From a virus, in IMG/VR virus record IMGVR_UViG_3300050343_000270, positions 32,001 through 96,000 of that record: 64,000 nucleotides of DNA. The stretch is one strand, 5' to 3'. The translations under genes and the position numbers were made by a program. Below the pieces are notes generated by a model. That model ran no database searches. It worked only from the letters and a program-made list of their open reading frames with translations, and was not told where the DNA came from. Below, piece by piece: positions 16,876 through 26,935 of this stretch; positions within the stretch are counted from its first letter, which is position 1; every line of letters begins with the position of its first letter.

Positions 16876-18021
16876 ATGAAAATTAATATTCAAAGAACTG
16901 AAGATCAATTGGCTCTTGTTCGCGCAATGGGTTCCAATAATCGTGAGGAAGCTTATGAGGCACAAGCCGCCGTTGCTCAACTCCTTTCCCCTGTGGTTAG
17001 CGAAGTTATCAACAACGCTGTGACAGTTGGAAGCCTTTTCTCTACACTTACGTTTGGAGAAGATGACAATCCATCTATCCCTCTTGATCTTTATTACGAC
17101 ATCACCGACGAAGATTACATCCAAGTCTACTCTCAACAGGTAGCTGGTGGTCTTCCATATAACCAAGTGTTCCCTGCTCATAACGAGCTTAAGTTCCAGA
17201 CCTACACTCTTGATAGCGCCCTTGCGTTTGACAGGAAGTATGCTCGGAAAGCTCGCTTGGACGTTGTTTCTAAAACCTTCACCCGCATGGCTCAAGAAGT
17301 TATGCTCAAGCAGGAGCGCACCGCATTTAACGTGCTTGCCGCCGCGCTTGTAAAGGGTGATACCACAAGTGGTTCTGCTGGTGATCATATCATCGGTTCT
17401 ACCCAAGAAAGCCGTTTCGTGCTTCATGACCTTAACCGTCTTATGACGAAGGCAAAGCGCATCAACAGTTCTTTCTCTGGTGGCACTCCTACTGGTGGTA
17501 GCAAGGTTGGCATTACTGACCTTTTGGTTTCTCCTGAAATCATCCAAGAGGTTCGCGCAATGTCTTACAACCCAATCAACACCGTCGCCGCTGACGGGGG
17601 CGCTCCTGCCAATACCGAAGATGGTCTTCCTGCTCCAGAGAGTCTGCGTGATTCTCTATACGGTGCTGGTGGTCTTCCAAGCTTCTACGGCATGAACCTT
17701 ATCGAAGTTCTGGAAATGGGCATCGATCAACGTTTCAACAAGATCTTTGACGCAGTTGTTACTGCTGAAGGAGCTACTGTTGTAGGCGGAGGTGACACTG
17801 GAACATTCTCGCAGTCTGCTGACGAAATCGTTATCGGTATCGACCGAAGCCGCGACGTTCTACTTCGCCCTGCTGTTTCTGAAGAAGGAACAGGATCAGA
17901 AGTTAGCGTTGTTGTTGACGATCAGTTCAGCGTTCGCCAGAACAAGATCGGATACTACGGTAAAGTCGAAGAGGGTCGCGTCTGTATTGACGACCGCGCC
18001 CTTGTCGGTATCTCTGTCTAA
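16876..18021 (+). CDS. Major capsid protein
   Basis: 381 aa, strong codon bias, HK97-like C-terminus, followed by a terminator. Confidence 0.85.
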   Translation: MKINIQRTEDQLALVRAMGSNNREEAYEAQAAVAQLLSPVVSEVINNAVTVGSLFSTLTFGEDDNPSIPLDLYYDITDEDYIQVYSQQVAGGLPYNQVFPAHNELKFQTYTLDSALAFDRKYARKARLDVVSKTFTRMAQEVMLKQERTAFNVLAAALVKGDTTSGSAGDHIIGSTQESRFVLHDLNRLMTKAKRINSSFSGGTPTGGSKVGITDLLVSPEIIQEVRAMSYNPINTVAADGGAPANTEDGLPAPESLRDSLYGAGGLPSFYGMNLIEVLEMGIDQRFNKIFDAVVTAEGATVVGGGDTGTFSQSADEIVIGIDRSRDVLLRPAVSEEGTGSEVSVVVDDQFSVRQNKIGYYGKVEEGRVCIDDRALVGISV

Positions 18022-18040
18022 TCCACACTGAACCCCTCAG

Positions 18041-18075
18041 AAGAGTCGCTCCCAGCGGAGCGGCTCTTTTTTTTT
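18041..18075 (+). terminator. Rho-independent terminator
   Basis: AAGAGTCGCTCC-CAGC-GGAGCGGCTCTT then T-run. Confidence 0.9.
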
Positions 18076-18107
18076 GATTTTTTTTATTTAAATCTATATC
18101 ATATGTT

Positions 18108-18653
18108 ATGGACAAAAAAGATTTAGACTTCATTCACGGTAAAATAGAACACGAAGAAAAACCGAAAGGTAACAACACAGAACTTCAAATCAACGGATTG
18201 CCTGAAGGAAAGGATCTTCTTTCTGCTTCCGCCGAAGATCTAGAAGGACTTGATGTTAAAAAAGAGATTACTGACGGCAATCAGATTGACATGAGTAAAT
18301 TTGACGAGGTTGATGGTAAAGATAGAAATTCTAAACAGGCTCAAATCGAAAAAGCAAAAGAGCTTGAAGACTTGCTTGGTATTAAAGACGCTAATCCATA
18401 CAGGACTCTAAACAGAGACATCTTCAAAGAGAACCTTTCTGGTATGTCTGTTGCTGAAATGACAACTCTAGCTTCTCGCGTTGGCATCCAACCATCTGGT
18501 GGAAGAAACCAACTAAAAGGCGCGTTAATTAAGTCTTTTGATTTTTACGCACAAAAACATGATGTTACAGTAGGCACTCCCGCTAGACCAATCGAGCTAG
18601 ATAAAAACGATCCAAATTACAAAGAAAGTGTAAGATTATTCAAAGACATTTGA
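18108..18653 (+). CDS. Hypothetical protein
   Basis: 181-aa ORF in the structural block. Confidence 0.7.
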   Translation: MDKKDLDFIHGKIEHEEKPKGNNTELQINGLPEGKDLLSASAEDLEGLDVKKEITDGNQIDMSKFDEVDGKDRNSKQAQIEKAKELEDLLGIKDANPYRTLNRDIFKENLSGMSVAEMTTLASRVGIQPSGGRNQLKGALIKSFDFYAQKHDVTVGTPARPIELDKNDPNYKESVRLFKDI

Positions 18654-18660
18654 ATAACAC

Positions 18661-19188
18661 ATGAACGACTTCGGAAATCTAGCCACACAAATCGTCACAT
18701 ACGACTTCCCTGACGATACTGGGACTTATCCCACCTCATACGTTTCAGGCTGGTTAGACGCCAATTTGGGCGAATTAAACCTACTTACAAACGAAGAGTT
18801 CTCCGCAAATGATACAGGTGCTATTGTTTTAGGATCTGGCGACTCTGCCAGTCACGGGTTAACGTCTCAAGAATTAGAGATATTCAAAACTCTTTATGAG
18901 GTTCACTATTATGAGAAAGCCGCAAGAGATTCTTTGAGGTCTGCGACTTATGGAACATCAGCAGATTGGATCACACTGAAAGAAGGTGATACCACTATTC
19001 AAAGGCAGAATAAAAATTCTGTAGCTAAAACCTTTAGGGATTTTTCGAGCGACTCAAGAGAAAAGCTTGGTCAGATTGTTTTCCAATACAACCGATACAG
19101 GTCTGGACCAAGACAAGTTCATGGGGCTGATTCAATAAGTAGTCACGACGCTTTTGATTCTACGAGCGTGGCTAATATCCGAGATTAA
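18661..19188 (+). CDS. Putative head-tail adaptor
   Basis: Synteny and size. Confidence 0.5.
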   Translation: MNDFGNLATQIVTYDFPDDTGTYPTSYVSGWLDANLGELNLLTNEEFSANDTGAIVLGSGDSASHGLTSQELEIFKTLYEVHYYEKAARDSLRSATYGTSADWITLKEGDTTIQRQNKNSVAKTFRDFSSDSREKLGQIVFQYNRYRSGPRQVHGADSISSHDAFDSTSVANIRD

Positions 19189-19190
19189 TT

Positions 19191-19631
19191 ATGGCTTCTA
19201 TACTAAATGACACTGAAAAGGCTGAGATCCAGTCTTCCTTACAGGACGTTCGGGATACGTTCGCAAGAGATATTTATGTATATACAAAAACCCAACAACC
19301 TGCATCTTGGTCGAATAATCCATTTTATGGAAATTCTGGCACGACATCATCTCTGTCAACCCAAGAGGAATTAACTAAATTCACTTACTCTGCAAATATT
19401 CTATACGAAAACGACCAAGACGAAAAATTGTTTGATGGTGGGGGTCAAGCGGGTCTGTCTTCTTCAGAAGGTAGAATAAGAATAAAAGTCAATGCAGAGG
19501 CAAACGAAAAGATTAAAATATGTGAGCGCATAGAGGTTGACGGCAATTTATTTGTTGTAGATAGCGACCCAAAAGCAATTGGACCGTTTAGCCCACAGGC
19601 TTATATGTGGTATCTAAAACGCGAAAACTAA
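19191..19631 (+). CDS. Putative head closure protein
   Basis: Synteny; beta-rich RIEVDGNLFVV. Confidence 0.5.
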   Translation: MASILNDTEKAEIQSSLQDVRDTFARDIYVYTKTQQPASWSNNPFYGNSGTTSSLSTQEELTKFTYSANILYENDQDEKLFDGGGQAGLSSSEGRIRIKVNAEANEKIKICERIEVDGNLFVVDSDPKAIGPFSPQAYMWYLKREN

Positions 19632-20239
19632 TGCCTCGACAAAGTGTCAAAGTTTATATTGATCCCAAATTACTGAAAGATAGTTTATCTTCTGGTGGTA
19701 ACGGAGCGAGTGTTGCTAGGCTTATGTCAGCGTCCGCGCAAGATCACATAAAAACAAAACAAGATGACCTAGTTAAGAATTTGATGGAACATCCTGTTTC
19801 GAAGGAGATTTCTGATGGTTCGACAGCATCAAATATAAGCGGAACACTTGGTGGTTATGGAAACTTGTTTTCTTTTTTGGGGTTCGATAACGGAAGTGAT
19901 CCTGTAGCAGTGATTGAGGGAATTTTATCCAAGAAATTAAGACATAAAGTCAAACCTCGTGGTAGAGGTAGTTTTTTAATTACGGTTTTCATACCAGAAG
20001 CTAAAGAGATTTTTGCAGATACGCCCATGCCTTGGGCTTCTGGATTAAGTTGGGCGGAGGGAGTAGAAAAGGGGGTAAGTAATGCGGCGGCATATTTATT
20101 CAACCCCAAAGGTTTCCCTGATTCTAAATCTGGAACTGGTTTACAGTCTCAAAATAAGGTTTCAGGTGTAAGTTTCAAGAGAACTCCGTATATCACTAAT
20201 TTGATACAGCAGTTTAAAAAAGACCTACTAAAATCTTGA
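19631..20239 (+). CDS. Putative neck / tail completion protein
   Basis: Synteny; TAATG overlap start. Confidence 0.45.
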   Translation: MPRQSVKVYIDPKLLKDSLSSGGNGASVARLMSASAQDHIKTKQDDLVKNLMEHPVSKEISDGSTASNISGTLGGYGNLFSFLGFDNGSDPVAVIEGILSKKLRHKVKPRGRGSFLITVFIPEAKEIFADTPMPWASGLSWAEGVEKGVSNAAAYLFNPKGFPDSKSGTGLQSQNKVSGVSFKRTPYITNLIQQFKKDLLKS

Positions 20240-21114
20240 AAGCGCAATTCGATCATCAACTATTAATGAGTTTTTATCTTTGGTTTGAGAAACAACTTCT
20301 CAGCCAAAATATAGAAGCTTACCAAACTGGTATATCCAATACTTTCAAATATGTTGATTTTAAGGATATTCCAGATAGCTTTGTGGGTTATCAGGGGCAA
20401 TTCAGACAGCTTGTGGCAGAACAAGAAATAACCAATCCCAACTCTGGTTTTTTTGTTGGCGGGTCATTTGTAACAGGTGACTCTAGTGAAAATGGAGGTG
20501 TGCATACAGACTACAATAATGGTAGGATTCTTTTCCCATCTGCATCTGGACAAAATTTAACGGTGACAGCCGATTCTGCGGTCAAAGAGATAAATACTTA
20601 TACGAGCAACGACGATGATTTATCTATTCTTATCCATTCCGACTTTGTGGAAGAGGGACAAGGCTCTCAATACATGTATAACCAAAGCTCCAAGCTTGAT
20701 GAGAAGTCTTACTTTTTGCCCGCTTGTATTATTACATTGGTGGACTCCAGTAATGAGGAGTTCGCTTTCGGCGGAGAAGAAGACACGAAAAGTAGGATTC
20801 GAGTTATCTTGTTGTCCAAGAATGAATTTATCATGGACGGCGTAGCTTCCAGATGTAGGGATATGGTTAGAAATAACATAACTCACATCCCTTACAGTGA
20901 ATTACCATATGGTCAGTCATTTAGTTTAAAGAACTACCCTTATCAGTATGATGAACTAAAATCTTCTCAGGGCGATAATGCCCTTGTCTCCCATGTAAAC
21001 AAAGTGTCTGTCACTACTGCGGTGTCAGAAACGGTCAGAGAAAGGCTCAATAAGAATGTTGGTGTTTCCTTTATAGACTTTGATTTGTCTACATATAGAT
21101 TCCCAAGAGTATAA
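20236..21114 (+). CDS. Putative tail terminator / structural protein
   Basis: Position before the tail tube gene. Confidence 0.45.
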   Translation: MKAQFDHQLLMSFYLWFEKQLLSQNIEAYQTGISNTFKYVDFKDIPDSFVGYQGQFRQLVAEQEITNPNSGFFVGGSFVTGDSSENGGVHTDYNNGRILFPSASGQNLTVTADSAVKEINTYTSNDDDLSILIHSDFVEEGQGSQYMYNQSSKLDEKSYFLPACIITLVDSSNEEFAFGGEEDTKSRIRVILLSKNEFIMDGVASRCRDMVRNNITHIPYSELPYGQSFSLKNYPYQYDELKSSQGDNALVSHVNKVSVTTAVSETVRERLNKNVGVSFIDFDLSTYRFPRV

Positions 21115-21147
21115 TTGGGTGTAAGTTTTAAAAACATTTATCTACTT

Positions 21148-22320
21148 ATGTCATCAAGAACTCGCGTAATTTCACAAAACAAGTCCGTCTATGTATCTGA
21201 TACTGGATGGTATATAGATGCCGACGAAAACATGATCGAGCCGCATCAGCTACATCGTGTTGATACCTTCTCCTTTGAAGTTGATTTAGCTGGCGCCCGC
21301 GAAGATATTCGCGAATTTGGTCAACTTGCTAGAATCGGCACTTTAACAATGAGGGAAATCAACCCAACAGTGTCATTTGGCTATTACCTCGGTAACGGCG
21401 AAAATGAACTTGCAATAGGACTAACTTCTTCAGAAGATTTCAATGCACAAATGATCAGTGGTATTTTAACTGAAGATGTTGCTAGTCGCGAGAAGAACAT
21501 TTACACCGTTATTGTTAAAGAAGGCGAAGACGCTTTCAACTCATCTGCTTATCAATCGCAAAGCGAAAACCATGATGTTATTGGTTTCGGAAACTCTGTC
21601 TTAACAAGTTACAGCAGTAACTTCGCTGTTGGAGAAATCCCTAGGGTAGATGTTGAGTGGGAAGCCTCAAATGTGATTTTCTACACAGGTGGTCACTCTG
21701 GCTTCAAGAACCCATCAATTGATAAAGAGGGCGCTCGTGCTGATGAAGGTGTTTTCAATCTTCCTGCACCAAGCACTGGAAACATGAACGTTTTAGTTCT
21801 TCGTCCCGACGACATCACTGTTAGCTTTGCTAATGACGACATTACCGCTGGAAATCTCGGTGGAACAAACTTTAGTGACATGTGTATCCAAAGCTGTTCT
21901 GTTGAAGTTCCATTAAGTCGTGGTAATATTGAATGTCTTGGCGAAGAAAGAGCGGTTGCAAAACCACTTGAGTTCCCAATCGATGTTACTGTCAGCATTA
22001 ACGCTATTGTCAAAAACTTCAAAGAAGGCGCTCTTGAGTATGTTCTCACAGGAACTGCTGGAGACAATAACACCGACATCAGTGTTGATATTAAGAATGA
22101 CGCTCTCGATGGAGTTCACAAGTTCACCCTTAAGAATGCTGTTCTCGACAACCAAAGCTTTAGCCAAGGTCTAGACGACAACGAAACTGTTGACTTGACT
22201 TTCTCTGCTCAAATTGGTGGAGCTAGCACAACCACAGATGGATTATTCTGGAGTGGTGCGGGAACTTACACTTCAGCAGTCCCAACCAGCGGTGACGCGG
22301 TAGCGGCTCAACCAATCTAA
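21148..22320 (+). CDS. Major tail (tube) protein
   Basis: High-expression codons, beta-rich, followed by a terminator; start at MSSR. Confidence 0.7.
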   Translation: MSSRTRVISQNKSVYVSDTGWYIDADENMIEPHQLHRVDTFSFEVDLAGAREDIREFGQLARIGTLTMREINPTVSFGYYLGNGENELAIGLTSSEDFNAQMISGILTEDVASREKNIYTVIVKEGEDAFNSSAYQSQSENHDVIGFGNSVLTSYSSNFAVGEIPRVDVEWEASNVIFYTGGHSGFKNPSIDKEGARADEGVFNLPAPSTGNMNVLVLRPDDITVSFANDDITAGNLGGTNFSDMCIQSCSVEVPLSRGNIECLGEERAVAKPLEFPIDVTVSINAIVKNFKEGALEYVLTGTAGDNNTDISVDIKNDALDGVHKFTLKNAVLDNQSFSQGLDDNETVDLTFSAQIGGASTTTDGLFWSGAGTYTSAVPTSGDAVAAQPI

Positions 22321-22344
22321 GCTAATTTATTATTAGTTGCTCAA

Positions 22345-22378
22345 TAGCGGCTCTGCCTTGTGGCAGGGTCGCTTTTTT
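22345..22378 (+). terminator. Rho-independent terminator
   Basis: AGCGGCTCTGCC-TTGT-GGCAGGGTCGCT-TTTTT. Confidence 0.88.
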
Positions 22379-22392
22379 GTGTAATATAAGAC

Positions 22393-23331
22393 ATGCCAGT
22401 GTTTCGTATAGATTCAAGTGACAAACAGGTTTTCATCAACAATACTAGGTTGATGGGCGTTCAGGCTTGTAATATAGAGACGGATAAGGATTTCGAAACT
22501 ATACGATCAATTGGAGATATCAATGTCACTGATAGGATTTTAAAATCAAATCAAACGACAAATCTATCGATTGACTTCATGCTTTGCGATACTAATCAAA
22601 ACGACCCATTTTTTGATTTTCAAACAAGCGGGATTCTTTCTGTTGAAGATTTCAATTACAACATTAAAGACTCTGTTCAGGAAACTGTCATTACTGGCGC
22701 ATACATGACCTCCTACAGCATTGAGGGTGCTGTTGGTGAGTTGGTCAAGGGAAGCGTGGCTTACGAGTGTGATGGCTTTGATTTCAATAATACAGGCATA
22801 TTAAGCGGAAACTATCAAAGTAGCGATTCTTACAGTGTGTATCAACCGCAGGATATTTCTATTTCCACGGATTTTAATGAAGGTGTGTCTACTTCTGGTT
22901 TGTGCATACAGAACTTTAGCTTAAATTTTGATATTAGTAGGAACGCTATAAACCAAATGGGCAGTCTTACGCCAAAAATGCGATACCCAGAGTTGCCAGC
23001 GGAAGGTGATTTGAGTTTCTCTGTTATTAAGAATAAAGTAACTGGAATTGATTTGTCTTCACTGGTTCTTGATAAAGGCTTGTTGAGTATAACGCTTAAT
23101 GAATCCCAATCCAACCAAAGACAATACAATATAAACGACTGCTCTTTAATTTCTATATCAGAAGGGCATTCTTTAGACGACAATGCGACCTTAGATTTTA
23201 AATATGTATTTAGTGTAAATAAGAGCGATGTATATGACACTGACCATTTTTATAGATCACCTGTTTACAGATCGACTTCTGGATTTACTTATCTACAACC
23301 TGACGGGTCCAGTTTTTATATACAACCTTAA
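22393..23331 (+). CDS. Tail tube-like minor tail protein (paralogue of preceding gene)
   Basis: Shared motifs: AVGE, CIQ.....SR, LDDN.T.D.. Confidence 0.6.
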   Translation: MPVFRIDSSDKQVFINNTRLMGVQACNIETDKDFETIRSIGDINVTDRILKSNQTTNLSIDFMLCDTNQNDPFFDFQTSGILSVEDFNYNIKDSVQETVITGAYMTSYSIEGAVGELVKGSVAYECDGFDFNNTGILSGNYQSSDSYSVYQPQDISISTDFNEGVSTSGLCIQNFSLNFDISRNAINQMGSLTPKMRYPELPAEGDLSFSVIKNKVTGIDLSSLVLDKGLLSITLNESQSNQRQYNINDCSLISISEGHSLDDNATLDFKYVFSVNKSDVYDTDHFYRSPVYRSTSGFTYLQPDGSSFYIQP

Positions 23332-23351
23332 TTCTAACACCACTAAAAATT

Positions 23352-24581
23352 ATGCCTGACGTAACTGTAACATCCGATATAGATACTTTTTTAAAGAGTT
23401 CAAATAATTCAACTGCCAGAACAAACCTTGGAGCAGAATCTGCACCCACCTCTATCGCCAACAAAGAAGCCGCCTATGCCCTGACAGGTGTGGCAGTCGG
23501 CACCGTTTATAAGACCGAGGACACGGGGCAGGTGATGGAGTATCGAGGGGGAGGGGAATCTTTGCCTACCAGTTGGCAATTTAACGTCACTGTAGACGGG
23601 GGCAGTAAAAACGCGAAACTCTCCGACATACCAGCAGGGAACCCAGCAGGTATCGTCAGAATGGTCAGCACAAAGACCAGCAACTTATCCGTCACGGTAA
23701 AACATGATGGCACGGAGTCGGCTACGGGCATCTGTTACTCAGTGGACGGAGGCGCACCTGTCTATGGAGCCATTGCGGCAGATACCAGCCTTAATCTATC
23801 CATCCCACACAATGGCGGCGCCCCCACGGAAATTTACATTTGGAGTGCTACCAGTGCCTCTAGCGGCAAGAAAGGGGAGTTGACCTATCTGTCTTGCTCC
23901 AACATCTCCTTGACCTCACTTGATGTTTCGGGCTTGACGGCATTGACCCTTCTGTATTGCCACAACAACTCCTTGACCTCACTTGATGTTTCGGGTTTGA
24001 CGGCATTGACCACTCTGTATTGCCACGAAAACTCCTTGACCTCACTCGATGTTTCGGGCTTGACGGCATTGACCACTCTGTATTGCTACAACAACTCCTT
24101 GACCTCACTCGATGTTTCGGGCTTGACGGCATTGACCCTTCTGTATTGCCACAACAACTCCTTGACCTCACTCGATGTTTCGGGCTTGACGGCATTGACC
24201 ACTCTGTATTGCTACAACAACTCCTTGACCTCACTCGATGTTTCGGGTTTGACGGCATTGACCTCTCTGTATTGCAACAACAACTCCTTGACCTCACTCG
24301 ATGTTTCGGGTTTGACGGCATTAACCTATCTGTTTTGCACCAACAACTCCTTGACCTCACTCCTAGCAACGGGCGTTGACCTTAGCTTTGAGTATTATGG
24401 AGTAGTAGGCTCCGACATCGGTGACAACGACCTGACCGAAGCGGCATTGATCGCGTTTGTAGATTCCCTCGCCACAACCGCAACGGGGCTTATCGCATAC
24501 GGCGGCAACATAGGTTCCGCAGAGTTTGAAACATGGCTCGCAACGGGCGATGACAAGGGATACATCTGGTTAAATAGTTAA
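23352..24581 (+). CDS. Leucine-rich-repeat protein, putative tail fibre / receptor-binding protein
   Basis: 7 x 21-aa LTSLDVSGLTALTxLYCxxNS; N-terminal ARTNLG fibre-like motif. Confidence 0.85.
   Translation: MPDVTVTSDIDTFLKSSNNSTARTNLGAESAPTSIANKEAAYALTGVAVGTVYKTEDTGQVMEYRGGGESLPTSWQFNVTVDGGSKNAKLSDIPAGNPAGIVRMVSTKTSNLSVTVKHDGTESATGICYSVDGGAPVYGAIAADTSLNLSIPHNGGAPTEIYIWSATSASSGKKGELTYLSCSNISLTSLDVSGLTALTLLYCHNNSLTSLDVSGLTALTTLYCHENSLTSLDVSGLTALTTLYCYNNSLTSLDVSGLTALTLLYCHNNSLTSLDVSGLTALTTLYCYNNSLTSLDVSGLTALTSLYCNNNSLTSLDVSGLTALTYLFCTNNSLTSLLATGVDLSFEYYGVVGSDIGDNDLTEAALIAFVDSLATTATGLIAYGGNIGSAEFETWLATGDDKGYIWLNS
23907..24362 (+). repeat. 63-bp tandem repeat x7 plus partial unit
   Basis: Near-identical units encoding the LRR. 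Confidence 0.95.
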
Positions 24582-24582
24582 T

Positions 24583-25089
24583 ATGAAATGCGCTAATTAC
24601 AATAACACAGGTAAGCAGGTCGAACGTGACTTTGCAGCGTCACAGGCTGTAGAGTTTCGGGAGACGGGCAACGTCTTTGAGTTTGGAACCTACCATGGTT
24701 TCACCACTGCTTGCCTTGCCGAAGTTGCCGACCACGTATGGACTCTCGATCTACCTAACGGTGGTGAAGGTCTGCACCTTGAAATCCAACCGAACAAAGA
24801 CCTTGGGCATTTTTACAAGTTCCACAAGTTTGATAACATCACTCAACTCACGGAAGACTCCATGACGTTTGATCCGTCAGTCATTCCTCCATGTGATCTT
24901 GTGGTAGTCGATGCAAACCATGACTACGAACACACCAAGAACGACTGCGACAAAGCACTCTCCATGCTCCGCGCTGGTGGCTGTCTCCTTGTTCATGACG
25001 CACATTATCCCTCAGTGGCTAAATACCTAGCCCAACACGATCACGAACTCATACCTAACACACGCTATGCAAAAATATTACACAACTAA
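24583..25089 (+). CDS. Class I SAM-dependent methyltransferase (Methyltransf_24-like)
   Basis: FEFGTYHGFTT, DLVVVDANHDY, LRAGGCLLVHD. Confidence 0.85.
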   Translation: MKCANYNNTGKQVERDFAASQAVEFRETGNVFEFGTYHGFTTACLAEVADHVWTLDLPNGGEGLHLEIQPNKDLGHFYKFHKFDNITQLTEDSMTFDPSVIPPCDLVVVDANHDYEHTKNDCDKALSMLRAGGCLLVHDAHYPSVAKYLAQHDHELIPNTRYAKILHN

Positions 25090-25555
25090 AGAAGACAAGG
25101 ACGGAGATTACGTCACCGTCAATCACACCCGCTACACAGTCACCGAGATTGATCCAGCACGGGTTCACATCCCAGCAGGACGTGAGGCTGACATTGATCT
25201 CTATGACTCTCAAGCGGAGTTTCTAGCCGCCATGGGACTATCGCCAGTTGAGGGTCATGTATTCCCCGAACCAGAACCATTTCCTGCGGTTGCACCAGTT
25301 GTGCCTGACGTAGTGGACATGTGGAAGCTAAAGGCTGTTTTAGACATTGTAGGTAAAACCGCCATGATCGAAACTGTCATCGCTGGCATTCCCGACGAAG
25401 ATACGCGAGTTGCAACACAGGCTGGATGGAAACATGCTTCTACTATTGAGCGTGGGCATTCATTAGTTCAGGCGATGATTGCAATCCCCTCTCTCGATAT
25501 TGACGAAGAGGACATGGACGAATACTTTTTGGCAACTAAACAATACGATAAGTAA
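25067..25555 (+). CDS. Tail-fibre-associated hypothetical protein
   Basis: C-terminal W..A.TIER.H.LV...DEYF pattern typical of fibre-adjacent proteins. Confidence 0.5.
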   Translation: MQKYYTTKEDKDGDYVTVNHTRYTVTEIDPARVHIPAGREADIDLYDSQAEFLAAMGLSPVEGHVFPEPEPFPAVAPVVPDVVDMWKLKAVLDIVGKTAMIETVIAGIPDEDTRVATQAGWKHASTIERGHSLVQAMIAIPSLDIDEEDMDEYFLATKQYDK

Positions 25556-25611
25556 TTATTGAGACAAAGAACCGTAAAAAAATAAAAACCATAAGAGCCG
25601 CTTATTTTACA

Positions 25612-26070
25612 ATGATTGTTTACAAAAAAATATCATCCTATACTCAATCTGAGATTGATCTAACATTTTCCTCAAGTAATACAGAGGAGGTTTTTACTGT
25701 TTGCGGCGGATTAGCGGAAACGGGCGTGGGTTCAACGGGTCTTGTGACCACTGGGTTTTGTTTTTCTGGATACGATGGATATCTGTTTGATCAAAGTGGT
25801 AATTTTTTTGGTGGGTATCAGCCGAATAAACCATTTAGCTTGCAGGTTCACTTAAAGACAGGCAATACACTATCTTATTTTCAAAACGGTCAATTGATTG
25901 CAAACAACCTACATGTAGACGAAAACGTTGAATATATAAAACTAGAAAAAGAAAACATGTCGTCCACCGCGACTGTTTACGGTCAACCTCACGAAAGATT
26001 CACTCTTCCGTTTTTAATGCTTTCTGGAGGGGCGATTTCATTAAGTGGGGAATTGGTGGCTCAATCTTAA
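25612..26070 (+). CDS. Hypothetical structural protein
   Basis: 152-aa ORF. Confidence 0.6.
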   Translation: MIVYKKISSYTQSEIDLTFSSSNTEEVFTVCGGLAETGVGSTGLVTTGFCFSGYDGYLFDQSGNFFGGYQPNKPFSLQVHLKTGNTLSYFQNGQLIANNLHVDENVEYIKLEKENMSSTATVYGQPHERFTLPFLMLSGGAISLSGELVAQS

Positions 26071-26113
26071 TTTTTTTTGTTTTTTTCCTTTTTTAAATAT
26101 ATAATATGTAGAT

Positions 26114-26935
26114 ATGAAAGAACTTTATTCGTTTGAAATTAAAAGAGAAGTTGAGGTCGAAATACCTCATGTAAAAAAAGTAAAAGGTAAAACTGTAGAT
26201 ACAACAAAAAAGGTTAAAAAAGACTTACCTTATCGTATCGTTTTCCAAAAACCAAGCAAGGCGGACATAGAAGACGCCGAGTTCTTTTACAGTCAAAAAT
26301 TTAACGAGTTCATTAACCTTGGGTTTCTGACTCGCGCAATGCTAAACAAGAAGATGGGTGATAACGGAGGTGTGGCTTCCAAGGAATTTTCTGAAGACTT
26401 GCAACGTTTGCTCAAAGAAAATATGGACGCGAGCAGGATTGTTGAGTTTTATAATTCAGCCAAAGATCTAGACAAAGAACAACAGAAAAAATTAGAGGAA
26501 GCAAAGTCTGTAATCGCAATTACTCAAAAGGAGATTATGGACTATGAAACAGCCATAAGCGAACAATTTAACCATACGGCGGATGTTAAAGCGGAACATA
26601 AGCTTTATGAATTTTTTATCTTTAATTTTTCATTTTTTGAGGAAACCATCAAAGGTGAGAAAAAGTTTTTCCCCATTTTTGAGGGTGAAGGTTATGATGA
26701 GAAGCGTGAATTTTACTTGTATATTTCAGAAGATGCTGAAGACATCGATGAGGACACACTTAAGAACAAGGATATTTTTGAAGAATCTTTTGATAAGCTA
26801 GTTAAAGTAATTAACGTGTGGTATAGGGGTCTTGGCAAAAACCAGAAAGAAATTGACGAGATATTAAAAACTATTGACGACGCTATTGATATTGAAAAAG
26901 AAGACGATAGCGAAGAAACCGAAAAGGATGAATGA
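26114..26935 (+). CDS. Putative tail assembly chaperone
   Basis: Charged helical protein upstream of tape measure. Confidence 0.45.
   Translation: MKELYSFEIKREVEVEIPHVKKVKGKTVDTTKKVKKDLPYRIVFQKPSKADIEDAEFFYSQKFNEFINLGFLTRAMLNKKMGDNGGVASKEFSEDLQRLLKENMDASRIVEFYNSAKDLDKEQQKKLEEAKSVIAITQKEIMDYETAISEQFNHTADVKAEHKLYEFFIFNFSFFEETIKGEKKFFPIFEGEGYDEKREFYLYISEDAEDIDEDTLKNKDIFEESFDKLVKVINVWYRGLGKNQKEIDEILKTIDDAIDIEKEDDSEETEKDE

Noticed and set aside
16564-17547. 327-aa antisense ORF over the capsid genes
   Set aside because: Antisense shadow caused by strong codon bias of highly expressed genes
23860-24379. Alternative-frame repeat ORFs, CRISPR array or DGR target in the 63-bp repeat
   Set aside because: Contiguous coding LRR units with no unique spacers; no reverse transcriptase or template repeat in the window
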